A stretch of DNA of 64,000 nt, from assembly GCA_030612005.1 (NCBI GenBank), contig JAUWOU010000005.1, forward strand, positions 2,629 through 66,628, read 5' to 3'. The DNA is from Candidatus Thorarchaeota archaeon. Lineage in GTDB: Archaea > Asgardarchaeota > Thorarchaeia > Thorarchaeales > Thorarchaeaceae. Made by a program: the position numbers and the translations under genes. This document shows positions 26,611 to 36,130 of this stretch, one piece after another; the stretch's first letter is position 1, and each line of letters opens with the position of its first letter. The notes under the pieces were generated by a model, which worked only from the letters and a program-made list of their open reading frames with translations, made no database searches and was not told where the DNA came from.

Positions 26611-27681
26611 TTAACGACCCATTATTCTGTGAAGTCTATCGCTACTTTTCTTTGCTCTAAGCAATCGTGTAAGACGATCTTCTGGACTGCCATTCAAAAG
26701 GTAGGGGTGCTTCGCAAGAAACTCCCTATCATTTTTTGATAGTGGCATTCCATCATTCAACACCTCTATGATCCGTTGGGTTCCAGCGTAGTCCTCTCCA
26801 ACAGCCATCAAGTAAAGTTGATCTAGAAAGTCGTCTGGATATTCGCTACTGAGAGCTTCCATTGGTGGTTGAGTTGTACCTGCAGTCCTTCTAACAACAG
26901 AATCGAGAAATCGAGGGTTACTTAGCGGTATTACTCCACTATTCTCAATAATCTCTTCTATTTGCTCTCGAGGTATCTGGCCAGTTTCATTAGTTTCCGA
27001 CATGAATAGTGATACTGATAGTCGCTTCATGCTTGTAAAGCTCCACCCATCAGTAAGTTCAGCAACTACTGTTGGGTCGATATCCTTCCTGTTTCGCAAG
27101 ACTTGTTCAAGGATACGAACTCTATCCTCCAATGAAGTGCCTTCAATGATGTAGGTTCTATCAAATGATGAGAGAAGCTCTGCATCGATATCACTTGGAC
27201 GAGTTGTTGTACCTATTACCAACACTTCCTCCCCATCCCAACTTGTTCTAGTGATCTCGTCAAGAAGTATAGCCGACTGGTCACTATTACCTGGAGCGAC
27301 TGCGTCTAACCTCTCCACCAACATCACTGTAGGAGAGTTCCTTCGTGCGAACTCAAACCCAACTCTAATTAACTCAGAACCTCTTTTAGCCTCATTGAGA
27401 ATTTCCTCCATTTTGAACCGTACCATTTTTAGTGGTACATCTCGACAAAGATGGTGAGAAAATGCTTCAAAGTCCGTTCCTGGTGGTCCAATAAGGAGTA
27501 CTCTTGCACCAAATTCTAGACCCGCCTCTGACATGTTTCGTTTAAGGATATCATAGCGACTCATCAATGATTGATGTTCCATTGCTTTTGTCACAACAGA
27601 GTACTGACTTATTCTCTCTGCAGGTTGTTTCTCTGGTTCTGTCAGGGTGACTGCTTCTGCATAGTTTATTTCTTCGCCCAA
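26611..27681 (-). CDS. AAA+ fold protein with all catalytic motifs degenerate (pseudo-ATPase); first gene of the SMC operon
   Basis: Classical AAA backbone (VLLIGPPGT.., ..PTVMLVERLDAVAP.., VLVIGTTTRPSDIDAELLSSFDRTYII). Walker A is GPPGTDFE (no Lys), Walker B has DE replaced by ER, sensor-1 has N replaced by T, and the Arg fingers are lost. The start is uncertain (TTG 27681 or a later ATG). Confidence 0.7.
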   Translation of the reverse strand: MGEEINYAEAVTLTEPEKQPAERISQYSVVTKAMEHQSLMSRYDILKRNMSEAGLEFGARVLLIGPPGTDFEAFSHHLCRDVPLKMVRFKMEEILNEAKRGSELIRVGFEFARRNSPTVMLVERLDAVAPGNSDQSAILLDEITRTSWDGEEVLVIGTTTRPSDIDAELLSSFDRTYIIEGTSLEDRVRILEQVLRNRKDIDPTVVAELTDGWSFTSMKRLSVSLFMSETNETGQIPREQIEEIIENSGVIPLSNPRFLDSVVRRTAGTTQPPMEALSSEYPDDFLDQLYLMAVGEDYAGTQRIIEVLNDGMPLSKNDREFLAKHPYLLNGSPEDRLTRLLRAKKSSDRLHRIMGR

Positions 27682-27905
27682 CTTGTAACCCCACGGTTTG
27701 ACCTTTAGTTTTTTTTTCTTGAAGCCATATTACATCTTCGGAGTGGAATAAATTTCCGCGCGCTTCACAGTTAGTTAGTTTTGAAATACTATGAACTCTT
27801 GGTTTCAACATTAGAGCAGTTCAAACTTAGGTCCATGATATTTCGCGCCTCATTATGCGAAGTTCATAAGCGTTATAGAGCTACAATATTGTAGGCTGTG
27901 TTACA

Positions 27906-29615
27906 ATGAGCATTCCTTCAGACAAGCTGAGAGAGTTAGTGAATAGTGTAGTAATGACAGTAGAGAGTAGAGGTCTCTTTGTTCATTCTACAGACCTCGA
28001 AATCAAGTACACTTCTAGTAGTAAGAACAAAAAGATTCAGACTGCTAGACTTCCTCTCATAGTCGGAACTTGCGTTCTCAATGCACTGGTTCCGCGATCT
28101 GCTATGTTGTTGGTTGGAGGTCATGGTGGCGGAAAAACAACGCTGGCCAAAATCCTTGGTCGGATGATGACAGGGAAGAGTCTTGAAGAAATTGAGGATG
28201 GCATTCTGCGCGGCCATTCAGGTCTTACAGAAGAAAAAATGGTCGCTACACTTCGACCTGGACCACTAATAAAAGACGGAATTGAAGTTGTTGTCTGGCG
28301 CTCATTTGTGACTGGTTTCTGGAAGATCATTGATGAAGTTAATCGACTCACTCCATTCTCTCAAAATATCCTCCTATCTCTGCTTGCAGAGGGTGAGGTG
28401 AAATATTATGATGAGGTTAAGAGATGTGAGGAATTCTGTCTATATGCTACCCTCAATCCAGCTGATGCAGGAACCTTCGATATGGGGCCTCCGTTCCTCG
28501 ATAGATTTGGGATGGCAGTTCCAATAACGATGCCGACTGTGAGCGACCTTGAACTGATACTTGCGGCGAGGGATGACCGCTTGTTTGGCTACGATGAGTT
28601 ATGGCAAGTCCCAGCTCTTCTGACAGAAGAAAATCTCTTGACCATATGGAATCTGGCTGATAAGGTTTCAGTATCATCTGAGGCTTCCGAATACTTGAGA
28701 TCCATCGTTCGAGAGTTTGGAGCTTGCATACGAGGTGACAAGAGCCAATCCTCCGGTCTTACAGTAGAAACAGGTCTCTGTGATGGATGTCATTTCAATA
28801 CCGCAAAGAGTGTCTGTAACAAGGTGATTATACCACTCAGTGTTAGAGCGGCAAAAGACCTGAATAGATACTCAAAGGCAGCCGCATGGCTTGTTGGAGC
28901 CCAGGAAGTGACCATCGCGATTGTGAAGTCATTGGCACCTCTTGTCTTCTGGCATAGAACTCGATTTGTGCGAGATGAATCAGAGAGGTCTCCGTACTAT
29001 GGTGATATCTATGCGTTCACACAACATCTTGTAGAATTAGCCTCAGCTAGGTTCGCGCAGAGAGGGGCCGCAGTAGAAATTATTGGGAATCTGAAACACG
29101 GCAAGCAATCAAAGGAGGCAATCGATCAACTCAAAGAGATGTCCAAGAGTGATTTACTTGTTCGGCTTGATTATGCCAAGTTTGCTAAGGAACTAAAGAA
29201 ATCAAAATATGCAAAGACAGTCCAAAGTATAGAACGAGGGATCAAAGATCGAGATGTTGACAAACTCACAAAATTACACGATGAGTTACTTCGTGATACA
29301 GACTTTCCTAACCGAAGTATGCTTCTGAAACAAACCTTAGATGCTCTGCACAAATTGACATTGACACAATTTGAATTGACATTTGAGCAATGGCAGGATA
29401 TCTGGAGCACGATTGGAATTAGTTATCCACTATTAACTCCCGTTCTCAAAGAGACCTTAGAACCTCCCAAAAGGAAAGTTCTCAGGATAGACGGTTTCAC
29501 TTTAGTGATCTACGTGACTGGTGACTCCCCTGAGTCTTCAGTCTTTCTTGAGATATCTGGTGGCTCTGAGGCATTGAAACTGAAGAAAGAGTTGGAGGAC
29601 CAGTTGAAGTCATAG
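27906..29615 (+). CDS. MoxR-like AAA+ ATPase with a Cys-containing lid insert and a ~190-aa C-terminal extension
   Basis: Walker A GGHGGGKTT, Walker B/sensor KIIDEVNRLTPFSQNILLSLLAEGEV, ATLNP and FLDRF. Lid segment VRAAKDL..AAAWLVGAQEVT...LVFWHRTRF, with the insert C-x17-CDGC-x9-C. Confidence 0.75.
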   Translation: MSIPSDKLRELVNSVVMTVESRGLFVHSTDLEIKYTSSSKNKKIQTARLPLIVGTCVLNALVPRSAMLLVGGHGGGKTTLAKILGRMMTGKSLEEIEDGILRGHSGLTEEKMVATLRPGPLIKDGIEVVVWRSFVTGFWKIIDEVNRLTPFSQNILLSLLAEGEVKYYDEVKRCEEFCLYATLNPADAGTFDMGPPFLDRFGMAVPITMPTVSDLELILAARDDRLFGYDELWQVPALLTEENLLTIWNLADKVSVSSEASEYLRSIVREFGACIRGDKSQSSGLTVETGLCDGCHFNTAKSVCNKVIIPLSVRAAKDLNRYSKAAAWLVGAQEVTIAIVKSLAPLVFWHRTRFVRDESERSPYYGDIYAFTQHLVELASARFAQRGAAVEIIGNLKHGKQSKEAIDQLKEMSKSDLLVRLDYAKFAKELKKSKYAKTVQSIERGIKDRDVDKLTKLHDELLRDTDFPNRSMLLKQTLDALHKLTLTQFELTFEQWQDIWSTIGISYPLLTPVLKETLEPPKRKVLRIDGFTLVIYVTGDSPESSVFLEISGGSEALKLKKELEDQLKS

Positions 29616-29627
29616 AGGCTTAGATAA

Positions 29628-31364
29628 ATGGAATCTTACAGCAACACACCAGTAGAGCAAGACACACTCAGAGTGGTTGCTGGACAGGCATGGTTTCGAG
29701 CAATTCAAGACTTCTATCATCCACCTCTACCTGAGCCTGAGATTGAACACATTCACGGAGCTTCTAGTTTCTTTTATATTGATACTGATAGTTGGACCGT
29801 TCATCTGAATACTGCTGGAGTACCAGTACATATGATAGCCTCAGACGCAGAGAATTATCTGACATCAGTATGCCATCATGAAATCCAGCATTATCTTCTA
29901 TGTCCGTTTGATGGCGTAATGAATGGGAGAATGTTTGTAGCTGCTCGAAAGCATGTGAATGATGCTACAGCTATGTTTGTTTGTAACCTCTTTGCAGATT
30001 TTGTGGTAGACTCTAATCTTCTAAGAAGATTTACTGATCTCACTCATAAGAGAATCAACTCATCAATCCATGATTCTGCTATACGTATACATGACCATAG
30101 CGACCTCTGGAAATTAATCGTTACTTGCTACAGAGTGATGTGGGGTTTTCCAATTCCGCCAACTGTGAAAATTGATCAGAATATCTTTGAAACTGCAAAT
30201 GAGATTGTGGACGTAGTTCGCGGTACAGTAGAGCACGAACACAAGTGGCCCAAGGCTTGTGAGAAGATTGCGAAAATAATCTCAGAGTGGATACCAGAGG
30301 ATGAGGAAGGATTGCCTGGAACTTCTTCTGGAGGGTCTAAGAATGTTGAGCATGAGAATGCAGATGGTTTGGAGGAAACGATAGAAATTCCCCTTGATGT
30401 GGATGCGATAATGGGTAACCCTGTTGAAGCAAGGAATGGAGACCGTGCAAAGAAATGCATAGAACGTCTTGAGAGACCTAATTTAGAAGAAGAGATGGAA
30501 CGACTAGCGATTGACGTTGAGCAGCTAGGTGGGGACATCGAGGATTTACAAGGTGTTTACCGTACAGCTGGAGTTGGTTCTGAACGAGCTGCGTGGACAA
30601 GATTTTGGTACAGGGCAAAAGCTCACAGAGCAATTAGATTTGAGGTTGATACGAAAAAGATGACTGGTTCAATTCCTCTTACTCCTGAAGTTTGGAGGTT
30701 GGGTGATCCACTTGAAGAACTTGATATTGTACAATCTCTTCAGACATTTCCTATTCTAATTCCTAATCGTTCAACGAGAAAATGGCAACAATATGAAACC
30801 ACCGGAACTGAGATTTCAAAATCGCCTCCTGATATGTTGATAGTCATTGATTCTTCAGGTTCAATGACTTGGGCTATGAGAACTCGTACGATATCAGGTG
30901 ATTATCATACCGCCTTGGTTGCTGCTTTTGCAGCGATGGATTTTGCATTTAGGCGTGGTTGCAGAGTCGCTGCCATAAATTTCAGCGATGGTACTAGTAC
31001 ATGTGATTGGTCCAATGAACGTACTCCCGTAGAAAGAGTCCTCCTATCTTACCAAGGCGGTGGTACAGTAGCCCCAGTCAAGAAGATTGTTGAAGCATGT
31101 GATAAAGCTGAATCCGATGTGATTGCTCTACTCATTACTGATGCAGAGGTTTCCAACTGGAAACAAATGGTTAAGGGTGTGGAGAAGTTGTCAAAACGTG
31201 GACACAAGCTCTTCTTGTTCCATATAGGTGCTGGAAAGAGCTCTCGAACATCCGCGATTCATCAATCTCTTTCCAAGGCAGGAGCCACTGTCTATCCTAT
31301 CAAGTCAGCAAAGGATCTTCCGGGTCTTGTAGTACGCGAAGTGCGCTCTGTTTACAGAAAATAG
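29628..31364 (+). CDS. HExxH metallopeptidase-like domain fused to a VWA domain (MoxR partner)
   Basis: The N-terminal part carries VCHHEIQHYLLCPFDG (HExxH). The C-terminal part carries MIDAS DMLIVIDSSGSMTW and a Rossmann-like VWA pattern. It starts 12 nt after the MoxR-like gene. Confidence 0.75.
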   Translation: MESYSNTPVEQDTLRVVAGQAWFRAIQDFYHPPLPEPEIEHIHGASSFFYIDTDSWTVHLNTAGVPVHMIASDAENYLTSVCHHEIQHYLLCPFDGVMNGRMFVAARKHVNDATAMFVCNLFADFVVDSNLLRRFTDLTHKRINSSIHDSAIRIHDHSDLWKLIVTCYRVMWGFPIPPTVKIDQNIFETANEIVDVVRGTVEHEHKWPKACEKIAKIISEWIPEDEEGLPGTSSGGSKNVEHENADGLEETIEIPLDVDAIMGNPVEARNGDRAKKCIERLERPNLEEEMERLAIDVEQLGGDIEDLQGVYRTAGVGSERAAWTRFWYRAKAHRAIRFEVDTKKMTGSIPLTPEVWRLGDPLEELDIVQSLQTFPILIPNRSTRKWQQYETTGTEISKSPPDMLIVIDSSGSMTWAMRTRTISGDYHTALVAAFAAMDFAFRRGCRVAAINFSDGTSTCDWSNERTPVERVLLSYQGGGTVAPVKKIVEACDKAESDVIALLITDAEVSNWKQMVKGVEKLSKRGHKLFLFHIGAGKSSRTSAIHQSLSKAGATVYPIKSAKDLPGLVVREVRSVYRK

Positions 31365-31422
31365 CTCTGCAAAGCGCCACCCAAACTTTTATTTCATGCT
31401 TGAAGTGGCAAACGGTTTGTGT

Positions 31423-31440
31423 CCCTCATTATAATGAGGG
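31423..31440 (+). terminator. Perfect 18-nt palindrome between the VWA gene and the nfnA-like gene (terminator or operator)
   Basis: ccctcatta/taatgaggg followed by tttc. T-rich tttatttc also occurs at about 31388. Confidence 0.3.
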
Positions 31441-31460
31441 TTTCTTAGAGGCTTTGAAAC

Positions 31461-32303
31461 ATGTACGAGGTCCTTGACAAGAAAATTATCAATGAAATCA
31501 CGAAAATGCTGGTAGTGCAAGCACCTGATATAGCGCGTGTATGCAAACCTGGCCAATTCGTAATGATTCGCATAAACGAAACTGGTGAAAGATTTCCTTT
31601 AACGGTGGCTGACTTTGACCGTAAGAAGGGAACAGTGACCATTACTTTTCAAGAGGTTGGTAAATCCACTAGATTGCTTGGAAGCCTAAATGTTGGTGAC
31701 AAGATTATGGACTTTGTAGGTCCTCTAGGTAAACCTTCTCCCTCTGACAAGGTCTTTGGTACTATTGTTGCAATAGGTGGAGGTTGTGGAAGCGCAATTG
31801 TCTATCCTGTAGCAAGAGCATTCAAAGAGGCTGGAAACACGCTCATTACCATCAATGGTGCTAGAACTATGGACCTTCTCATCTATAGAGAAGAACTCGA
31901 GTCTATCAGTGATGAGTTCTATGAAACCACCGATGATGGTACTTGCGGAACCCATGGGTTTGTCACAACAGTACTTGGTGATCTAATCAAACAAGGCCGT
32001 AAGATAGACCTCGTTTTCGCTGTTGGTCCTGTACCAATGATGAAGTTCGTTGCCAAGACCACTGAAGAAGCTAAGATACATACTATGGTCAGCTTAAACA
32101 GTATCATGGTCGATGGAACCGGAATGTGTGGTGCTTGCAGAGTTAGCGTCGATGGACAGATGAAATTCGCTTGTGTTGATGGACCTGAGTTTGATGGTCA
32201 CAAAGTCGATTTCGATGAGTTGATGGCTAGACTGAATGCGTATGTTGACCAAGAGGCAGTGTCCAATGAAAAGTGGGCGAGTGAGCATGGAGGTGCTGAG
32301 TGA
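31461..32303 (+). CDS. FAD/[2Fe-2S] oxidoreductase subunit, NfnA/SudB/PyrK-like
   Basis: 280 aa. Ferredoxin-reductase-type FAD domain (PGQFVMIR..GERFPLTVADFD), NAD domain (IGGGCGSAIVYPVARA) and a C-terminal Cys cluster CGACRV..C. Confidence 0.75.
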   Translation: MYEVLDKKIINEITKMLVVQAPDIARVCKPGQFVMIRINETGERFPLTVADFDRKKGTVTITFQEVGKSTRLLGSLNVGDKIMDFVGPLGKPSPSDKVFGTIVAIGGGCGSAIVYPVARAFKEAGNTLITINGARTMDLLIYREELESISDEFYETTDDGTCGTHGFVTTVLGDLIKQGRKIDLVFAVGPVPMMKFVAKTTEEAKIHTMVSLNSIMVDGTGMCGACRVSVDGQMKFACVDGPEFDGHKVDFDELMARLNAYVDQEAVSNEKWASEHGGAE

Positions 32304-33766
32304 TGACTAATAAAGAAAAGAAAGCAGCTCCAAAGGGAAAGGGGAAACCTCCAACTAAGAAAGCAGCTCCAAAGAGGAAGAGGAAACCACCAACAAAGAA
32401 AATCCCAATGCCTGAACAAGACGCAAAGAAGCGTAGTCATAATTTTGATGAGGTAGCTCTTGGTTATACTGCTAAACAGGCAAAAGCTGAGGCTGCAAAA
32501 TGTATCCAGTGCAGAAATCCTAAGTGTATCAGTGGCTGCCCTGTTGAAGTTGATATCAAAGGCTTCGTGCTTCTGGTGGCAGAAGGTAAGTTCATGGAGG
32601 CTGCAGCCATGATCAAGGAAACAAACAGTCTTCCTGCTATATGTGGTCGTGTTTGTCCGCAAGAAACCCAATGCGAGGCTACTTGTATTTACGGAATCCG
32701 CAATGAGCCAATTGCAATCGGTAGACTTGAACGATTCGTTTCAGATTATGCTCGTCTTCACGGTGAACCTCTACCAGAACTACCAGATAAGATTGGAAAG
32801 AAAATTGCTGTAATCGGTGCTGGACCTGCTGGTTTGACTTGTGCTGGTGACTTAACCAACATGGGATATGATGTAACGATTTACGAGGCATTCCACAAAC
32901 CAGGTGGGGTTCTTATTTATGGAATTCCTGAATTCCGATTACCAAAAGATGTCGTAATGGCTGAGGTTGAATTTCTTGAGAAACTTGGCGTTGAGATCAA
33001 GTACAATCATGTGATTGGAAAGATTAGAACAATTTCAGAACTGATGGAAGAGGATGGATTTAATTCTGTCTTCATTGGTAGTGGTGCTGGAGCACCTAAT
33101 TTCATGCGTATTGCTGGAATGAACCTGATCAACGTCTTCTCCGCAAATGAGTTCCTAACTCGTGTTAACCTCATGAAAGCATACAAGTTCCCAGAGTACG
33201 ACACTCCAGTAAAGGTCGGTAAACGAATTGCTATTATCGGCGGTGGGAATGTAGCTATGGATGCTGCTCGAACATCACTCAGACTTGGTGCTGAGGCCAT
33301 GATCGTCTATCGAAGAGCACGTGAACAGCTACCTGCTCGTCTAGAGGAAGTTCATCATGCTGAAGAAGAAGGTGTCGACTTCAATTTCCTAGTGAACCCG
33401 ATTGAGGTTCTAGGCGATGAAAAGGGTAGTGTCATTGGAATGAAATGCATCAGAATGGAACTCGGTGAACCTGATGACTCTGGTCGCAGGCGCCCTGTCC
33501 CAATTGAGGGTTCTGAATTTGATTTAGACGTTGATATGGTAATTGTAGCCATTGGCAACTCACCAAATCCAATCATTCCTGAATCAACTCCCGGTCTGAA
33601 GATATCTAGATGGGGTACAATCGAGATTAATGAAGAAACTGGAATGACTGATGTTTCTGGTGTTTTTGCTGGCGGAGATATTGTGACTGGTGCGGCAACT
33701 GTCATCAGTGCGATGGGCGCTGGTAAGCGTGCTGCCAGAGGAATCCATGATTTCCTAAACAAGTAA
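32303..33766 (+). CDS. NfnB / glutamate synthase small-subunit (GltD)-like Fe-S flavoprotein with a Lys-rich N-terminal repeat
   Basis: Cys clusters CIQCRNPKCISGCP and CGRVCPQETQCEATC. Two dinucleotide folds, VIGAGPAGLTCAGDL and IIGGGNVAMDAART. The ATG overlaps the upstream TGA (TGATG). Confidence 0.8.
   Translation: MTNKEKKAAPKGKGKPPTKKAAPKRKRKPPTKKIPMPEQDAKKRSHNFDEVALGYTAKQAKAEAAKCIQCRNPKCISGCPVEVDIKGFVLLVAEGKFMEAAAMIKETNSLPAICGRVCPQETQCEATCIYGIRNEPIAIGRLERFVSDYARLHGEPLPELPDKIGKKIAVIGAGPAGLTCAGDLTNMGYDVTIYEAFHKPGGVLIYGIPEFRLPKDVVMAEVEFLEKLGVEIKYNHVIGKIRTISELMEEDGFNSVFIGSGAGAPNFMRIAGMNLINVFSANEFLTRVNLMKAYKFPEYDTPVKVGKRIAIIGGGNVAMDAARTSLRLGAEAMIVYRRAREQLPARLEEVHHAEEEGVDFNFLVNPIEVLGDEKGSVIGMKCIRMELGEPDDSGRRRPVPIEGSEFDLDVDMVIVAIGNSPNPIIPESTPGLKISRWGTIEINEETGMTDVSGVFAGGDIVTGAATVISAMGAGKRAARGIHDFLNK
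32318..32395 (+). repeat. 39-nt tandem duplication encoding KKAAPK(G/R)K(G/R)KPPT x2
   Basis: The units aagaaagcagctccaaagggaaaggggaaacctccaact and aagaaagcagctccaaagaggaagaggaaaccaccaaca are directly adjacent and in frame. Confidence 0.85.
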
Positions 33767-33804
33767 TAGATTGTTGGGGGTCATAATGATCCCCACTCTT
33801 TTCT

Positions 33805-34476
33805 TCAAACCAATATTTTGCAAAATATACTCGATTCATCCACTTCAATTATTGATGCATTGAGTTCTAATTGCGATATCAGATTCTGGAAATCATTCTG
33901 AGTGAATGTTGTAGCCAAGAATCCATCCCTACAAGAAATGACACCATCTGATGTGCGATTCCAATCAATCTCTCCAATAAGACCCGCATCCGCTTGCAAT
34001 TTGAACCAGTCAATCCTATGTTTCCAGAACTTGTCAGAGTAACTAGAAAAAAAGCACTGTCCACCCTTTCTCGTGATTCGAACACTTTCTCTTAGGAGCT
34101 CCATTGGGTCCACTTTGAATGCAGAGATACCATTTTGAATACAGACAACTTTGTCAATAGAACCATCACATAGAGGTAGACTCTCTGCATTAGCCTGAAA
34201 CACTTGACACCTCGAATATTGTTCGACATGATCTTTGGCAATTAATAGACTCTCAATCGAAGTATCTATTCCAATAACACTCGAAGAGTAAGGTAATAGT
34301 TGTTTCAAGACTCGACCATATCCACAACCTAGTTCAAATACTGAATCAGTTTTCTGTAATTGTCCTCGTACATACTCAATTTCGGCGCGAAGATATTGTT
34401 TCACTCTTGGTGGTGCGATATCATAGCATTTCTTCAGATTGTTTGATGATAATCGCTCTGAGTAGTAGTCATTCAT
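33805..34476 (-). CDS. Class I SAM-dependent methyltransferase
   Basis: Motif I is VFELGCGYGRV, with post-I IGIDTS and motif IV-like VVCIQNG. Confidence 0.8.
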   Translation of the reverse strand: MNDYYSERLSSNNLKKCYDIAPPRVKQYLRAEIEYVRGQLQKTDSVFELGCGYGRVLKQLLPYSSSVIGIDTSIESLLIAKDHVEQYSRCQVFQANAESLPLCDGSIDKVVCIQNGISAFKVDPMELLRESVRITRKGGQCFFSSYSDKFWKHRIDWFKLQADAGLIGEIDWNRTSDGVISCRDGFLATTFTQNDFQNLISQLELNASIIEVDESSIFCKILV

Positions 34477-34595
34477 TCTTGAAAGGTCTCACAAACATAT
34501 CTAATCTAGATTGAAAAGAGTCTTGTTGTTCAAGAAATGATTGATATAAGGAGCATGTTTCAGGGAAACTATTACTCTGATGAGTGTGACAATCG

Positions 34596-36113
34596 ATGGA
34601 CTTCAGACCCATAACCACTGATGAAATGCGTTCTCTCGAACTTAACGCAAAGTATCTCGGGATTATCCACAGTCTTCTCATGCAGATTGCAGGTCGAGAG
34701 GTTGCTAGAGTAATAACTGACAATGAGGATGTTAAAGACAAATCAATCGTCATTTTATCAGGGCTAGGTGGAAATGGTGGGGACGGTATTGTTGCAGCAA
34801 GGTACCTTGACGAAGCTGGTGCAAATGTAGAGGTCTTTCTCCTGGGTCATGAGAAGACAATTTCAAGTGAAGATACACTGATGAATTGGAATATCCTGAA
34901 GAATCTAAAACACATCTCGATGGCGACTCTCAAGACAGAATCCGCAGTAAAATCATGTAAAGCGATAGGATCCGCTGATATCATTCTAGATGGAGTAATG
35001 GGATTTGGTCTCCATTCAAAACTTAGAGAACCACTTTTGACAGCTGTGAAGATGATCAATAAATCTAAAGCTATCAAATACTCAATCGATATGCCAACAG
35101 GTATTGACTCTGAAACGGGTGCGATTCACGGAGAAGCAGTTGTGGCTAATCACACAATTTCTCTTCATGCTACAAAAATTGGATTGACACTGGCGCAGAA
35201 GAATGCGGGTAAGGTGCATATCGTAACAATCGGAATACCACGAGAAGCAGCTTCCATCTGTGGACCCGGAGACCTCATAATCTTCAACCAACCTCGCAGT
35301 TCATCTGCAAAGAAAGGGGATTCTGGTAGAATTCTTGTCATTGGAGGTAGTGATGTATATTCAGGGGCACCCGCTCTTGCTGGGATGGCTGCACTCCGTA
35401 CCGGTTCTGACCTAGTTAGTATCCTTGCTCCAGAACCAGTTGTGTCTGCAATCCGTGAATACAGTCCTAATCTTATGGTCACAAGTTTAGGGACCCAGAT
35501 TCTTCAGCCAGAAGTCGTCGATACTGCGCTTGACATGGTCAACGGTAATGATGTCATCGCATTTGGTCCTGGATTAGGAACACATCCTGAAACATTCGTT
35601 GCTGTGAATTCACTTGTCAAGAAAATAGTCGAAACAGGTAAGCCGTTAGTGCTAGACGCTGACGGGCTCAAGGCAATCTCATCTTCTGGAATTGAGATGA
35701 ATCCTGACAATGTAGTTCTGACACCACACTGGGGTGAGTTGAAGATTCTAATGTACGCGGACCTTGGGGATTCCAAGAACCAAGCGAATCGAATCAAGAG
35801 ATCTGTTGATGCTGCAAAACAATACAATTGCATAATCTTACTGAAGGGCTCTGTTGATGTAATAGCCCATCCAGATGGCAGTTACAAGTTGAATCGAACT
35901 GGCGTGCCTGCTATGACTGTTGGTGGCACAGGGGATGTCTTGACAGGAATCATTGCATCTCTACTATCTAGAGGTGGGAATGCATTCAAGGCTGCAGCTG
36001 CTGGCGCATTTGTGTCTGGATTGGCAGGAGAGTTAGCTGCACAGGAGCTTGGTGACCATCTGGTTGCAACAGACTGCATTGAAAAGATTCCTGAAGTCTT
36101 CAAAACTGTATAG
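34596..36113 (+). CDS. nnr: Bifunctional NAD(P)H-hydrate repair enzyme (epimerase + ADP-dependent dehydratase; YjeF-N/YjeF-C)
   Basis: N-terminal YjeF_N domain (VILSGLGGNGGDGIVAARYL). C-terminal carbohydrate-kinase domain (KGDSGRILVIGGS..YSGAPALAG, TPHWGE, GTGDVLTGIIASLL). Confidence 0.85.
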   Translation: MDFRPITTDEMRSLELNAKYLGIIHSLLMQIAGREVARVITDNEDVKDKSIVILSGLGGNGGDGIVAARYLDEAGANVEVFLLGHEKTISSEDTLMNWNILKNLKHISMATLKTESAVKSCKAIGSADIILDGVMGFGLHSKLREPLLTAVKMINKSKAIKYSIDMPTGIDSETGAIHGEAVVANHTISLHATKIGLTLAQKNAGKVHIVTIGIPREAASICGPGDLIIFNQPRSSSAKKGDSGRILVIGGSDVYSGAPALAGMAALRTGSDLVSILAPEPVVSAIREYSPNLMVTSLGTQILQPEVVDTALDMVNGNDVIAFGPGLGTHPETFVAVNSLVKKIVETGKPLVLDADGLKAISSSGIEMNPDNVVLTPHWGELKILMYADLGDSKNQANRIKRSVDAAKQYNCIILLKGSVDVIAHPDGSYKLNRTGVPAMTVGGTGDVLTGIIASLLSRGGNAFKAAAAGAFVSGLAGELAAQELGDHLVATDCIEKIPEVFKTV

Positions 36114-36130
36114 GACAACGTATCCTACAA

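Noticed and set aside
22558-27681. Interpreting the SMC locus as a Wadjet/Lamassu-type anti-plasmid or anti-phage defence system
   Set aside because: No Toprim/JetD-like or other nuclease effector is adjacent. The SMC is full length with a hinge, and the partners look like kleisin and ScpB-type proteins. Chromosome-maintenance or SMC5/6-like roles fit better, although phylogeny is needed.
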